NCBI GenBank assembly: GCA_951406725.2
Contig: OX597815.1
Coordinates: forward strand, 86,614,001-86,678,000
Direction of reading: 5' to 3'
Length of the DNA: 64,000 nucleotides
Source: Octopus vulgaris
Lineage: Eukaryota
Positions 38,811 to 52,085 of the stretch are shown here, piece by piece (the stretch's first letter is position 1; every line of letters begins with the position of its first letter). A program made the position numbers and the translations under genes. Below the pieces are notes generated by a model that saw only the letters and a list, made by a program, of their open reading frames with translations, was not told the origin of the DNA and ran no database searches.

Positions 38811-39152
38811 ATACATATATACATTCATACATATTTGTGTGTGTGTGTGTGTGTGTATGTATGTGTAATTTTTGTTTGCTTATCATTTTTCAATTTATAT
38901 AAGGGTAGAGGTCTTTCGATTTTCCGTAGGAATTGCAATGAACTATTGCTTCAATCTTTCCTTTTATGAACTGTTTTTAGTGTTGAGCAGACTCTGAAGA
39001 CTTACTTTGCGAGACTTTTCTCATACATTAGATAAGAAACAAAATGATTTAAGCAGTTTTCTGATTACATTTTCTTAGGAGAATTTGGAAACCTTTCATA
39101 TCGATATATAAATAAACGAAGAATTTATAATTTCAGTGCACCTATATTTTTT

Positions 39153-39217
<65 letters not shown>

Positions 39218-39807
39218 TATCTCTCTCACACACACACACACACATACACACATACACACGCACATACATATATACACACACGAAAATACTCACAGACGCG
39301 CTCAACCGTCAAATGGAAGACAGGACTAAGGCTTTAGACCATAAAATCCCCTGCTTCTTCCATAAAGACCATAAAGCATGATTCCCCTTTAACCTCTTTC
39401 CAACAGGTTCATTTCTTCTCGAAATCAGTTATCGTCAATATTAGTAAGAATATTTCAGATAGACTAATTTTTAATGATAAAGAACAGGTGAGTTGAGGAT
39501 CTGGGATTGTACTGAAGAGATAATATTCTGGTTCGAAAACCATAACAGTAATAGCAATAACTTATTCATTTAGTTCAAGTTTTCGGATATAACTCAGGAT
39601 GATAATTACATCATAGGTTTAACGAGAACAGTAATTTACTTCCAGGAGTAACATTAATATAAGTGGTCTGGGGCTGATGAGTTCGATGTGAACTTGAGGT
39701 CCTCTGATTCTGCGCTTGTTACGGACATATGTCAGTCTATATATACTATACAGCAGGGGTTTTCAAACGGGGTCCATATAAAACTTTTATGGGATCACAG
39801 TAAATTG

Positions 39808-39937
39808 GGGTACATTATTTACATTTGACGGATATTTGTCCTCATCTTGTTTGTCGTTAACACAACGTTTCGGTTGATATATTCTCCAGCCTTTATTAAG
39901 TGTCTTGGGGTAATTTCGAACCTGGGTTCTCATTCCA
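39808..39937 (-). mobile_element. Solo PLE pLTR fragment with degenerate hammerhead (39860-39903)
   Basis: Minus strand ACAC-TTAATAA-AGGCTG..CAACC-GAAA-CG-TT-GTGT. Stem I ACAC/GTGT. Confidence 0.6.
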
Positions 39938-40102
39938 TGTGAGTTATGTACCAGAGAGGTGTTAGAGACTGCATTGTCTAATATTAACTTAATAAACACA
40001 GTGAATTACGGATTTGCTGTACACTGAGTAGAACTTTCTGTAATTATCAGACCAGCAACTATCTAAACTGCGAGGAAGTACACTAGTACACTGTTGACAT
40101 TA

Positions 40103-40305
40103 CTCTCCACACCACTGATGTTATCCAAGGGAAAGGCAAAGGACGATACAGCGTGGCACCAGTGATGTCGCAACTCATTTTTACAGCTGAGTTAACTGGA
40201 GCAACGTGAAATAAAGTACCTTGCTCAAGAACACAACACACAGCCCGGACCGGAAATCTAACTCAAAACCTCACGATCGTAAGCTCGACACTGAACCTTG
40301 CGCCT
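40103..40305 (-). mobile_element. Family 2 SINE, partial
   Basis: Homologous to 3920-4136. Confidence 0.85.
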
Positions 40306-40309
40306 TTAC

Positions 40310-40688
40310 TGTCATGGAGCATTGGTTTATAAAAGTATAAGGGATAAAAAGCTGAATGTCACTGGGTAGTAATACTGAGTAGTAATACTGGGTAGCAATG
40401 TGACAGCGGGTATGTGTACACTCATGCGTACACAAGCGACAGCGGATATGCGTACACTTATGGTAAAAGTGCTTCAGTACGTTACTAAGAAACGTGAGTG
40501 TATATATCGATAAGAGTGCATAAGAGCATCGCCGAACGGGTACGTACGCGCATGTGTGAGTAGATAACTGTAAGCGGAGGTGGTGGGCGTGTACGTGTGA
40601 AAGAGTGCAAGATGAGCGGTACACTGCATATTATTCAATAAAGCTACGGAAAAGATTTACGAACACCTGCTTTGTTTGCATGAGAGCA
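40310..40688 (+). mobile_element. Probable solo LTR
   Basis: Starts TGTCATGG, raised GC/CpG, TATA-like sequence at ~40500, AATAAA at 40637, ends ..CATGAGAGCA. No clear TSD. Confidence 0.45.
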
Positions 40689-41193
40689 TGTATTTGAAGT
40701 CGATATCATAAATCTCTCAACGGAAGTGACCCAAACTGTCTTCGCCGCTTATATATGATAGGTTCTGTTCGTACTGTAGTTGATATTCTTGTATTTATAA
40801 TTTGCCATTGCTTTCGTTGTGGCTAGCATTATCGTTGCTGCAGTTGTCCTCGCATTTGAGTATACGCTGCCTCAGATTTATCGCTTTTACTTCTCTCCAT
40901 TTTGTGTATATGTGAACAGTTGTAACAGGATATGAGTATGTATCTCTTATTTGCCTATGTAAGAGAGATCGTAGCTTTCACCACTCTCCTCCCATCGATA
41001 TTTCTTCCATCCTCTATTTAGTACGCTCCTACCCTGGATTCCGCCAGCTATCCCACTGGTGTGGTAGTTAATTTAAATAACAGCAATATATATTGAATAG
41101 ATCTAACACTAGTCTTTGTAAATTTTCCATAAACTCTGACGCAGTTTACGATAACAGTGAGCGATCTTTTCCAAAGGATTGTGTGATCTTGTC

Positions 41194-41257
41194 AGGTAGC
41201 TGGTATTTAAAGCTTTATAAAGCGTATGCTTTATAAAGCTTTAAATACCAGCTACCT
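41194..41257. repeat. Perfect hairpin with 30 bp arms
   Basis: AGGTAGCTGGTATTTAAAGCTTTATAAAGC-GTAT-GCTTTATAAAGCTTTAAATACCAGCTACCT. Confidence 0.95.
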
Positions 41258-41278
41258 TTTCTGCAGTTTTTATTAACA

Positions 41279-41315
<37 letters not shown>

Positions 41316-41457
41316 AACATGCACGCGCGCATGTGGGCATAGTTAAATAAGATATGATTCGAATAAAACCTTGTAGTATGTTTTGCAAAGCTCGTCCACA
41401 GTTATTGGCTATCTGATGTCATCATTCAGTGGAAATACTTTTAATTACCTCATTACC

Positions 41458-42317
41458 GACCTTCCTTTCTTTCTAATAAAAGCCATCTCTACTAATGCTA
41501 GAACTGATGTGGTGATGAATGTAGTTCAGTCAAAAGTTTTGAAATACAAATTCAGTTTAGGCACATTAAACGAATTTACAACTCATGACTAATCCTTGTT
41601 CAAATACATCAGGAATTCAATTGCATCCGTTGAATTTATATAAATGAATGATAGAAAATGGAATGTACGACATTATTTATTTTAAATCACTACGATTGTT
41701 TCGATATTTTTTATATTCGTAGTGCATTAGTGAAATGTTGCGTAATCATTGCCATTTATCCAAAGACTAAAAGGTAATCTCGAGCGATTGTTTAAATAAG
41801 TCCTTCGTAACATCCTACGCACTATACAACTTTGATGCATGATAATGATTATACGTCTTATTAATTATAGTGATCTTAAATAAAGACTATCGTTCATTCC
41901 ATTTTCTATTATTTCTCTCTCTCTCTCTCTCTATCTCCCCAGCATGGCCACAGCTCATGAGCTGAAACTAAAAAAAATCAAATCAAAAAAAAATATATAT
42001 ATATACATACATACACATACATACATACATACATACATACATACATACATACATACATACATACATACATACATACCAAAGTCCGTCGGATTTTAATTGT
42101 ATATCTGGTTAAAATATCTAGCCTCTGTAAATGTATTCTACAACATCATATATTAATTCCAGATAATGGAATACACGTCGTCAAAATCGACGGAGGATCT
42201 ATTTCTTTGATTGAATATACATGCATACACGCATAGGCATAGATGGAATGACAGAGGCATAGTGAGAGAAAGTGGGGGAAAGATACAGACGAAAGGACGC
42301 CTACTTGTGTGTGCGTA

Positions 42318-42353
<36 letters not shown>

Positions 42354-42860
42354 GGTGTGTGTGTGTGTTTGTGTGTAAGGAAAAAGAGAAAGTAAAAATT
42401 AAAAAAGAAAAACGTTGTATTGCCTGCGTATGTTTGTGCATATGAGCGATAGCCGCATGCATCTGTGTTTGACACCGTGTGCGCTTTGCGTGTGTAAATT
42501 CATAGTACTCGGTTGAGAACAGCTCGACAGGAAATCCTGGCCAACCAAAATAATGCACAAAAGTTTCCTGATATATCTTTATTTCCGTCTTTCAATTCTT
42601 TTCAGCCCTCCCACTTTTCTTTCTCTCATCCTCTATTTGTATCTTTCTTTTTGTTTCTCTCTCTAGGTTCCTATATATCACGCTATCACTCTCTCTCTCT
42701 CTCTGCCTCATTATTTACCTTTCTTTCTAATAAAAGCCATCTCTACTAATGCTAGAACTGATGTGGTGATGAATGTAGTTCAGTCAAAAGGCTTGAAATA
42801 CAAATCCAGTTGAGAAACATTAAACGAATTTACAACTCATGGCTAATCCTTGTTTAAATA
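41458..42860 (+). repeat. ~145 bp direct repeat pair (41458-41606 and 42717-42860)
   Basis: CTTTCTAATAAAAGCCATCTCTACTAATGCTAGAACTGATGTGG...CTAATCCTTGTT present twice with few substitutions. Confidence 0.9.
41645..41912. repeat. Diverged fold-back with remnant hammerhead 3' half
   Basis: ATAGAAAATGGAATG..TCACTA vs TAGTGA..CATTCCATTTTCTAT. Minus strand GAAACAATCGTAGTG near 41690-41703. Confidence 0.6.
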
Positions 42861-44218
42861 AGATCAAACACATTTTTCTTCACTTCAAATATTAATTCCT
42901 CGTCCATCCATCTTGATGGAAGAATAAATGTCAGTTTCAAGTGTCAGGATAGTAGAAAGAAAAATGTCATTCATTCAGGATTTTTGAAATCTTCAACAAC
43001 TATTATCGCTGATATTGAAAATAGTTGAAGTAAAGGTATCAGCTGAAAAGATGAAAGCATACAACAAGGTGTAGAATAGAATGAGGGCCACTTGTATTTT
43101 TAAAACAAAATCAACATTTGTATTATCGAATTGAGTCGATCAAATGAATGCCATTGTTATATCAGTTGCTCCACACACTTGACGCGTAAAGTCTGGCTCT
43201 CTACCAATAGTTACATAAACACAGTTCTTCCTTAATACATCACTACTAATATCATTGTTGCCGAAGATGGTGAATTCTAGTCATAGCGGTGTGCTGGACA
43301 ACATTCTTCACTGTATTTAGTTACGTCTCTTTATGTCCTTAGTTTAAATCCTGCCATAATGCCTTTCATCTTTCTGGAGTTTATAAGCTAAGTACCACTG
43401 AAGTACTGTATTCCTCTTAATGAACTGCTCAAACCCACGTGCGGGTCTTGTATCAATGTTAGAGACAATTATTATGGTTGTAGAATCGATGAATGGATGA
43501 AAACAAATATTTTGAAGTATTTAACTACGCAATTCATATTTTCTGTTTCAACATTACCGAGGTGAAATACCACTTCGACCTTTGAGTTCAATACGATAGC
43601 AGCTGAGTATTGGGGCGGGTATAAACGACTGTACAGTCCCTGTCATTCCCAACCCGCATTACCATTTGCCTGGTATATATTATAATTATGAATTATAATA
43701 TGAAGAGAATCGGAAGATCAATTGGCTAACTTCGTTTAGTGAATAATGACTTGAGATAGCGGATCCTTTCATGCTCTGGATTTCAATGTCATTAAATTTC
43801 ATTAATTAGACTGCAATTTTGAAGGCAGTCTTATGATATTTAGTTTGTTCCTTTTATGGTCATTATTACTATTCCTGCCATGGTGATTGCATTCCAATGT
43901 CATTCTTCTAATATCAACTCGATAAGACAGGTATGTATTAGGATTGATTCAATCCGCTAAGTTCCACCTTGGCAATTTGCAATATTAACTAACGAGGTAT
44001 ATATGTGAAACATGCATTCAACACACGCGTACATATACATACACGGAAACACATTTTTATGTGAATATGTGAACACACACACAAACACACACACCCACAC
44101 GCAAACACTCACATACATACGCACACACACATATATATGTATATTTTATATTTGTGTCTCCGAAGATTCCTTATTCCCATAATAAACATATGGACTGATT
44201 ATATTATTAGGAGGAGCA

Positions 44219-44556
44219 GGAGGAGACCCCCTTCGATCATGAATGGCCAAGGGATTGCACCGTGAAAGCTACACTTCGAGGCACAAGTGAGGGCAAGATT
44301 GTTTGTGGAAGGTTAGCAGTCGCCCAAACATACCGGCCACCCCTCTCCACACCACTGATGTTATCCAAGGGAAAGACAAAGGCCGATAGAGCCTGGCACA
44401 AGTGATGTCGCAACTCATTTCTACAGCTGAGTTAACTGGAGCAAAGTGAAATAAAGTGTCTGCTCAAGAAAAAAACACACAGTTCGGTCCGGGAATCGAA
44501 TTCACAACCTCACGATCGTAAGCTCTACGCTGTAACCACTGAGCCATGCGCCTTCA
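44219..44556 (-). mobile_element. Family 2 SINE, full length
   Basis: Homologous to 3799-4136. Confidence 0.9.
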
Positions 44557-45350
44557 CATGACTAATTATATTACACTTCTTTTATTAGTAGTAGTAAATC
44601 CGTTAACATTAACAAATTAACTAATAAATTTATTAATCGTTCGACGAAACATTCAGCAAGATTTCGTTGCCTTTTGCAACCTCATGAAAGACATGGACTC
44701 TCTAATCCAGTTCTGCTTGAGTTTTATCGGTTAAAACAGCAGGTATTTTGATGTAAATAATACTGCAGGATTTTCTCGTAAAATTTGAAAGCAATATTTT
44801 ATTCACACCCAGCAAAAAAAAAAAAAAACCTCTCATAGAAGTTCATACACATATACATACAAATACACATATATACATACATGCACACATACAATCACGT
44901 GCAGATAAATTGGTGATAATGACAAAAGAAAAAGTGAGTGAGAAATGGAGAATAAAACACAGTTTAAATGAGATATCAGGTGTTGAAATAAACAGTAACA
45001 GATGACATTCAACTTAATATAAAAACACTTTGGCGGTCGTTTAAGAGAAAATAGTTTCAAACGGAAGGAAACAGTCTAATATTACTTTTATATATTTTAT
45101 TTCATATATATATGTTTGTATATATGCACGTATGCATTAAGTGATAATAATTTCAATAACGACGTTACAACTATGACACATTGTTCACAAGCTGCAATAC
45201 TGTGTATGTACATATATTTACTCTTTTGATAACATTTATGAATGGTTTCTCTCATTGTTTCAATGCGCCGTTCTCTGTAATTTAAAACTTGTCGGAATCA
45301 TTGTGGACATGAGTTTGCCACTGTATGTGCGTACGTACGTATGTATGTAT

Positions 45351-45410
<60 letters not shown>

Positions 45411-45622
45411 TTAATGTATATGTCATACTGATCACCTGAAGCTTCCCCAAAACGTAGCCATATGGACATTTTCTGTCGGCATATGTATTTTCTTCGGGCC
45501 ATTTCCCAATGGGAAATTTCTTTATAGTTATGTTTCCTGAAACTGCCATTAGTCATTATGCCTCGAGTATAAAATTTTCAATCAATAATAATTTACACCA
45601 TATCTAAGTAAATTTTTAATTT

Positions 45623-45657
<35 letters not shown>

Positions 45658-45805
45658 GATCATTTCTTTTTCGACTTCTTCATCAATGATAACAATATGT
45701 GGATGTATATCTCTATGTTACTGTGAGCTTCTATCTGTGTGTAAACGTTCGTGTATATATGTATATGCGTCTGTACATTGTGTGTATGTATGTGCGTGTG
45801 TATTG

Positions 45806-45859
<54 letters not shown>

Positions 45860-46196
45860 ATATATACACATATATATGAATAGGTACCGAGATTTTTATG
45901 CATGTGTATGTATATAATTTATTCTACTTCTGCGACGCAATTGACGCAATTGATACGCAGCAAGATACTGCGAAATACAAGTATTTGCCGCTCTCGTGCA
46001 CCTTCACGGAGACTTCATTTCACCTATTTCTGAAGTATACTGTGATTTTTAACACTACATGTCTTTAAACGGATCTTCACCAATTCATGTCGTTTAATAT
46101 CACACTTACACATACAAATAAATATGCATACGTGTGTATAATGTATGTAATGCATATAATGTATATAATGTATATGATGTATATATATATATATAT

Positions 46197-46235
<39 letters not shown>

Positions 46236-46506
46236 CACACTCATATATGCGTGTCTATTTGTGCATGCATTTCATTTCTCTTAGTGTGGGTATCTCAGTT
46301 TTAAACCAGTTTATCAATTTGCATCTCGTTATCGAAAAAACTTTAATAAACGTCGATTGTTATTATCCTGTAATATCGCTGAGCGCTGAATATGATCGAT
46401 TAGAAACTTGAAGGTACTTGCCCTGAATCTATACAATCCAATGGCTGAAAGTAGTAAAGCAACAACAAAAAAGAACATGGCCGAGATATCACTTCCATAT
46501 ACCTTC

Positions 46507-48150
46507 TCGCTCAATGCTGCGCTGTGTCTGGTTGTTAAGATAGTTCATTAGCCCCCAGGAATACTGGTTAAGCAAAAATGGTTTACAAGTATTCCAGTTA
46601 TGACCATCCTGTCCATTATTCACTCAATGTATAAAGTGATTTACACTGTTCAATGTGTTCTTTTTTGTAAGTCGTTCGACTATGATATGAGGAAGATATG
46701 GCTGCTATTTCTAGAAGACCCTATATTTTTCTTAACTCATTTTGCAGCATTCTACTTCATGGATAGCTGTCCCTTCTTAACATAAGATAAATAGCTATTT
46801 GGCGATAGATAGCCAGCTCCATAAAAATTGTCATTAAAAGGCATTCTCAGTATGGTCATCCAATCCTGGGATAGCCAATACCAACTGCAGTATCCAATAT
46901 GACATACTTTTCGTTTTGTCTGTTTTCTTTTTTTCTGTTTTTTTTTCTATTTTCTTATTTAAGGAAGATCTTGCTATTAATTTTAACAGGTCGAGCTGCC
47001 ATTTAGTCCTCGTTGCTTAACTCCATTAATATGTAGATTACACGTGCGTGCGATTCAAATCGTTGATTCACGGTGCTATCTCATAGGAATTTACGCTTAC
47101 ACCTACACAGGGTACACCCCAGGCAAAATATAATTCTACGAGTGATATGCAAAGCAATAAACGAACGAGCGAACGAACAAGCAAACAACAGAAACAACCT
47201 TGCTATGCAACCCAGGAAGCTGGAGGCAGTCTTTTTAATTTAATTATCAAGGCTCAAGTGGATGACGGCAACGGCATATGCATACAAGGTTTTTCATAGT
47301 TGAAAAGTTACTGACATCTTATTAAATCAACCATTGAAGATGTTATATTGTCTTGTTGTCACTATCGATTAATTCTAGGCACTTAGAAACAACAAAAAAG
47401 TGAAGAGGGAGAGAGAGAGAGAAAGAAAAGGAAAGAAGGTGAGAAAATGAAAGAGAACTAAAGAGAGAGAAGGAAGTGTGATGAGGTGAAAAATAGAGAG
47501 AAACAAGAAAAGATATCTACAAATAGAGAGCTATTCAAAAAATATAACATATGTGCAAATAGAGCTAATGTCAGATAATGACAAATGGAAATCACTGAAA
47601 CACTGAGATAGAGAAAGAGGGTGGTAGAGAGAGAGAGAGAGAGAGAATCAGTCAGAGAGAGAGGGAGAAAGAGAGCCAGTGAAAGAGAGAGCCAGTGAAA
47701 GAGAGAGCCAGTAAGAGAGAGAGAGAGTCAGCGAGCGAGAGGGGGGATGAGAGTGGGGGAGAGAGAGATGGTGAAACTGATAGAGAATGAGAAAGTGACA
47801 GAAAAGGAAACGAGAAAGAAAGATATATCGTTTTATTCTTTGACTCATTCACTGGTTTCTAACCAATAAACGGCTGTCATGTTGAGACACTGCCATCATG
47901 ATTTTAGTTGGTCACATTGTCCCCATTGCTAAATACAACTAATAATTTCATCGATCAATAAGTGTCGAGTCCCTTACGTTTTTCAACATAACACCCGTTT
48001 TGGCAAAATCATGGGCAATAAACGAACGAATGCCAGTTCCATGTATCTTGTCGCTCAATCCTGTGCTGTGTCTGGTTGTTAAGACATTTCATTAGCCCCC
48101 AGGAATACTGGTTAGGCAAACATGCTTAACAAGTATTTCAGGTATGACCA
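46507..48150 (+). repeat. ~100 bp dispersed direct repeat pair (46507-46607 and 48051-48150)
   Basis: TCGCTCAAT..GCTGTGTCTGGTTGTTAAGA..CATTAGCCCCCAGGAATACTGGTTA..ATGACCA present twice. Confidence 0.85.
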
Positions 48151-48197
48151 ACGTGCACGCACACATGCACACACACTCATGCACACACAGAAACACA

Positions 48198-49392
48198 CAC
48201 ATGAAATGTCGTATTTGAAAGGTAACAATAAAATGTTTCAAAAGTGTTAGAGAACAAATATGATCCTTGTTCATTTATGACGTTTATCCAAAGTTTCTCT
48301 ATGTCATATATTCCTTCATTAAAATTACAATTCATCTTTTGCTGGGATAAGCTGTCCGAATGCTTATATTACCTCTTCTCTATCTAAGAATGATTCATTA
48401 CTTATGAAAAACTCAAAATGCTTAAATAAGTGATGATCAGTAGGAGCGATATTAAAGGAATAAGGAGGATGTTGCAAAATCTCATTACTCAGGCTTTGCA
48501 ACTTTTGTACCGTAGCTTGAGGAGTGTCAGGACGTGCATTGTCGTGGAGCAAAATTGGGCCATCACTATTCACTTGTCTGGGTTGCTTCTTTTTCAAATT
48601 CTCATGCATACAATCAATTTCATGGCAATACGATGTTACTGTTACCGCTTTTCCTTGTTGCAAAAATGAATAATGAATATCTCCCTTGGCAGACCACTAA
48701 GTTTTATGGGTGCAATGATGGGTTTGGGTAGGGTTTACGTCACTCTTCTGTATCTAATCACTGCCCTGTTGTCCTGCTGTTGTCAAAGAGTATCCATTTC
48801 TCATCACAAATAATGATTTGATGCAAAAATGGTCTTTTTCTAGTCAAGAAAGCAATAAGGAGCACACTTCAAGGTGTCTGTCTTTTTTTAATCTCGTTCA
48901 GTTGATGTGGAACAAACCTATCCGTTTTCTTGACTTTTCCGACTTTTACAAATGTCAAAAGCAGTGTTTGGAGTTCTGATGAAACTTTTAGAACCTTTGT
49001 TCTCTGATTTTGTTCAACCAAAATATTTAATCCATCATGCCGAATAACTGATTTTGGCCTACCCTTGGTTTATTTTGAAGGCCATCATCTGAACAAGAGC
49101 GTTTGAACTATCTCTGAACAGTTCTGATGTCAACAAAATCATTACCAAAGGCCCTCTTGATATTCCATAGAGCTTCTGTCGTAGAGTGACCCAATTTGTA
49201 CTCATACGAGAAAATCACTCAACATAGTTTAGTTGTTATCATTTTCATAAAGTCTGTACGAATTTTGTATATCATTATTGTTGGGCAAGAATAACAGTCA
49301 AGATTAAATGCAAGGTATACATAATTGACTTTTTAAATGACTGAAATATCAAGTAATTAAAAATGCGACATTTCATGTGAAACAACCTAATA
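48198..49392 (-). mobile_element. Mariner (DD34D) transposon, degenerate
   Basis: IICDEKW (~48800), LLHDNARP and HPPYSFNIAPTD, with 34 residues between the second and third D. TIR TATTAGGTTGTTTCACATGAAATGTCG at 49392; partial mate at 48198. Confidence 0.92.
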
Positions 49393-49482
49393 CATACATA
49401 CATACATACATACATACATACATACATACATACATACATACATACATACATACATACATACACACGTCTGATCTTTCTTTGA

Positions 49483-49706
49483 TTTTTACGTGTTTCAGTC
49501 ATTAGACTACGGGCATGCTGAAGCACTGCTTTGAAAGGTCTTTTAGTCGAAAGCTCGACCACAGTATTGTCTTTAAAGCCCGGTACTTATTCCATCGGTC
49601 TCTTTTTGCCGAACCACTTGATTACGAAGAGGTAAACAAAGCAACAGCAGTTGTCAAGCGGTGATAGGTAACGAACCTACACACACACACACACGCACAT
49701 GAACAC

Positions 49707-49745
<39 letters not shown>

Positions 49746-49828
49746 CACAGACAGACAGACAGACAGACACACAGACAGACACACAGACAGACACACAGAC
49801 ACACAGACAGACAGACAGACAGACAGAC

Positions 49829-49916
<88 letters not shown>

Positions 49917-50106
49917 GGGTAGATAGATACATACATAGATACATAGACAGACAACAGCTTTCTTTGATTTTCAGTTTACCAAATTCACTCACAAAATTTT
50001 GATCGACCTGTAGCTATAATAAAAAAACTCTTGCTCAAGATGTTATAGAGTAACAGAACCCGGAAGCATGGGTTTGGGAAGCAAGTATCTTACCATAGCC
50101 AAGCAT
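49483..50106 (-). mobile_element. Family 1 SINE with expanded internal (AGAC)n(AGAT)n
   Basis: Tail, body and head match 55117-55512. Internal microsatellite at 49680-49950. Confidence 0.8.
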
Positions 50107-51419
50107 AAATATTTTTTCTCACGAGATTTACTTGTTCAAGTGACCCCCATCAGCAGCCCTATTTTTATCTGCCCTAGTTTAACTTTCTATCTGCCCCCTC
50201 TTTATTTTTGTTTATCTACTGCATTCTTTTATTGCTGCTATTTTTCTAGAAGGCAGTTCAATTTTCCCTTCACTTCTCGTTTCACTCCACCGTTTTACCA
50301 TTTTATCTTCCTTTTGCCGGATCGTTCGGTCGCCTACTCTAATGAATGCCTTTTTTCCTGGTTGAAAGATTTCACATTATTGATTTTTCTTTTTTTCTCT
50401 GCGCAGTATTTTTCTGCACACTCTTGTTCTATCAAAGGTGTAGAAATTTCCCCTTCAATTATTAATTTTACTATGGGTGAGTGGTATACAGATGACTCGG
50501 AAAGTTAATTATTCCTGATGCGCTCTCTTCGAGTTTATTTCAACTATGCTATGTAGTTGAAAAGAATACAATGTCTGTTTTGACTTACCTTAATGTATGC
50601 GTATTGATGTTCGAAATGACATGAAACCGGGCGAAATCCTGGAGAATAGTTTATGCGCAGATGTAAATATACATCATCTACATCTGGAATTTATAATGGC
50701 TTTATATGATCTCATCATACCTTGAATTTATACTTTCCATTCTGTTCATCTTCTGTTTATACATTTCACGCAGCTCATCTTTGCATTTATTTCTCATTGC
50801 ATATTATAGTTAAGTACACGTCTCATTATATATATATTCCGAAGTTCTATTAAATTTCATTATAATTTTCAGTTTTACATTTTCAACTTTTGCCGTCACA
50901 TTTCGTGCATACTTTTGAGAGTAAGAAAATAGTCACTTATCCAATGAAATATTTCTTTTCGTTTCACTTCGATAGAAAATCGAAGTTAAGAAAAGACATA
51001 CTTGCCCAGCAGGCGATAAAGCTCTTCATTTGCTATACAGTTGATAAATCTAAGATGACATTACGTCACTCCCTTAATACGTTAGTATTGTTTGGCTGCT
51101 ATTTCTAACAGGTTAAGCAACTAAGTAAACGCACCATCTTCTTTTGCCAGTATGTATGCTTGCAGGAAATAAATATAAATTTGAAATGAATCGTAGATTT
51201 TTTACAGTCGGATGAATATCTGACTAAAAAATTACTTTTAAATTTTAAAAAAATATCTATTCTTTTAGTAAATAGTGGACAATAATTCAATAACCATTCT
51301 ATATGGAAACACGTAAAAAACATCAACTAATAGAAAACAAGGGGCTACATTCATTTACACAGAATTGAGATCACAGTAAACAAATACAGTTCTACAAATT
51401 CGAATTCCATGTATGGCAT

Positions 51420-52085
51420 GTATCTTTAGTAGGAGCAAATAGATAAATAATTATACATGTTCGTGATTCAGTGATTTCAATTCCTCAGTTTTTAATAGAA
51501 ATGTCATTGCAACACCAGAAAAAATATCAAAATGTTGCCGTTTTATCACCAGAAAATATTCACATTGATTTCATGAATGAAGAAGTACTAAATCGATTTC
51601 CAGTAGTTGAAAAGGTTCTGTTTAGTTATGATCAATGTTCACTTTAGGATGACGTTTCAGAATTTACTACAGAGTACTTAAATGCACAAACTACTTCAGG
51701 TTTGCCATCATACACACTAAAATTAAAAACTAATGCTATAATTATCCTCCTACTCACAAATGATCAGGTTAATGACGTGTTATGCCACACATTCAATTAT
51801 CCAAGACATTGAAGCAAATTTCAATCAGGAAACATTACAAGTGAAGGCCCACATCACAGAAATTTTGTGTTTAATCGAAAAGTCACTCTCTCTTCAGTTG
51901 GTGGTGAGTTAGTGTATACATTGATTACACAACAATTTCCTATAAATTAACAACAGTAACGATAATTAATAAATCACAAAAGAAAATATTGGAGAAGGTT
52001 GATTTATATTTACAAAAATCAGTATTCGCACATGGAGAACTATATGCTGCATCATCCAGAGTGTCCTCAAGATTTTCAGGGTAGA
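51420..52085 (+). pseudogene. Helitron PIF1-like helicase C-terminal remnant
   Basis: TEYLNAQTTSGLPSYTLKLKTNAIIILL and QFPIKL..TINKSQK..LEKVDLYLQKSVFAHGELYAASSRV match the Helitron motifs EFLNS..SGLP.H.L.LK and TINKSQGQ..VFSHGQLYVALSRV. Confidence 0.85.
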
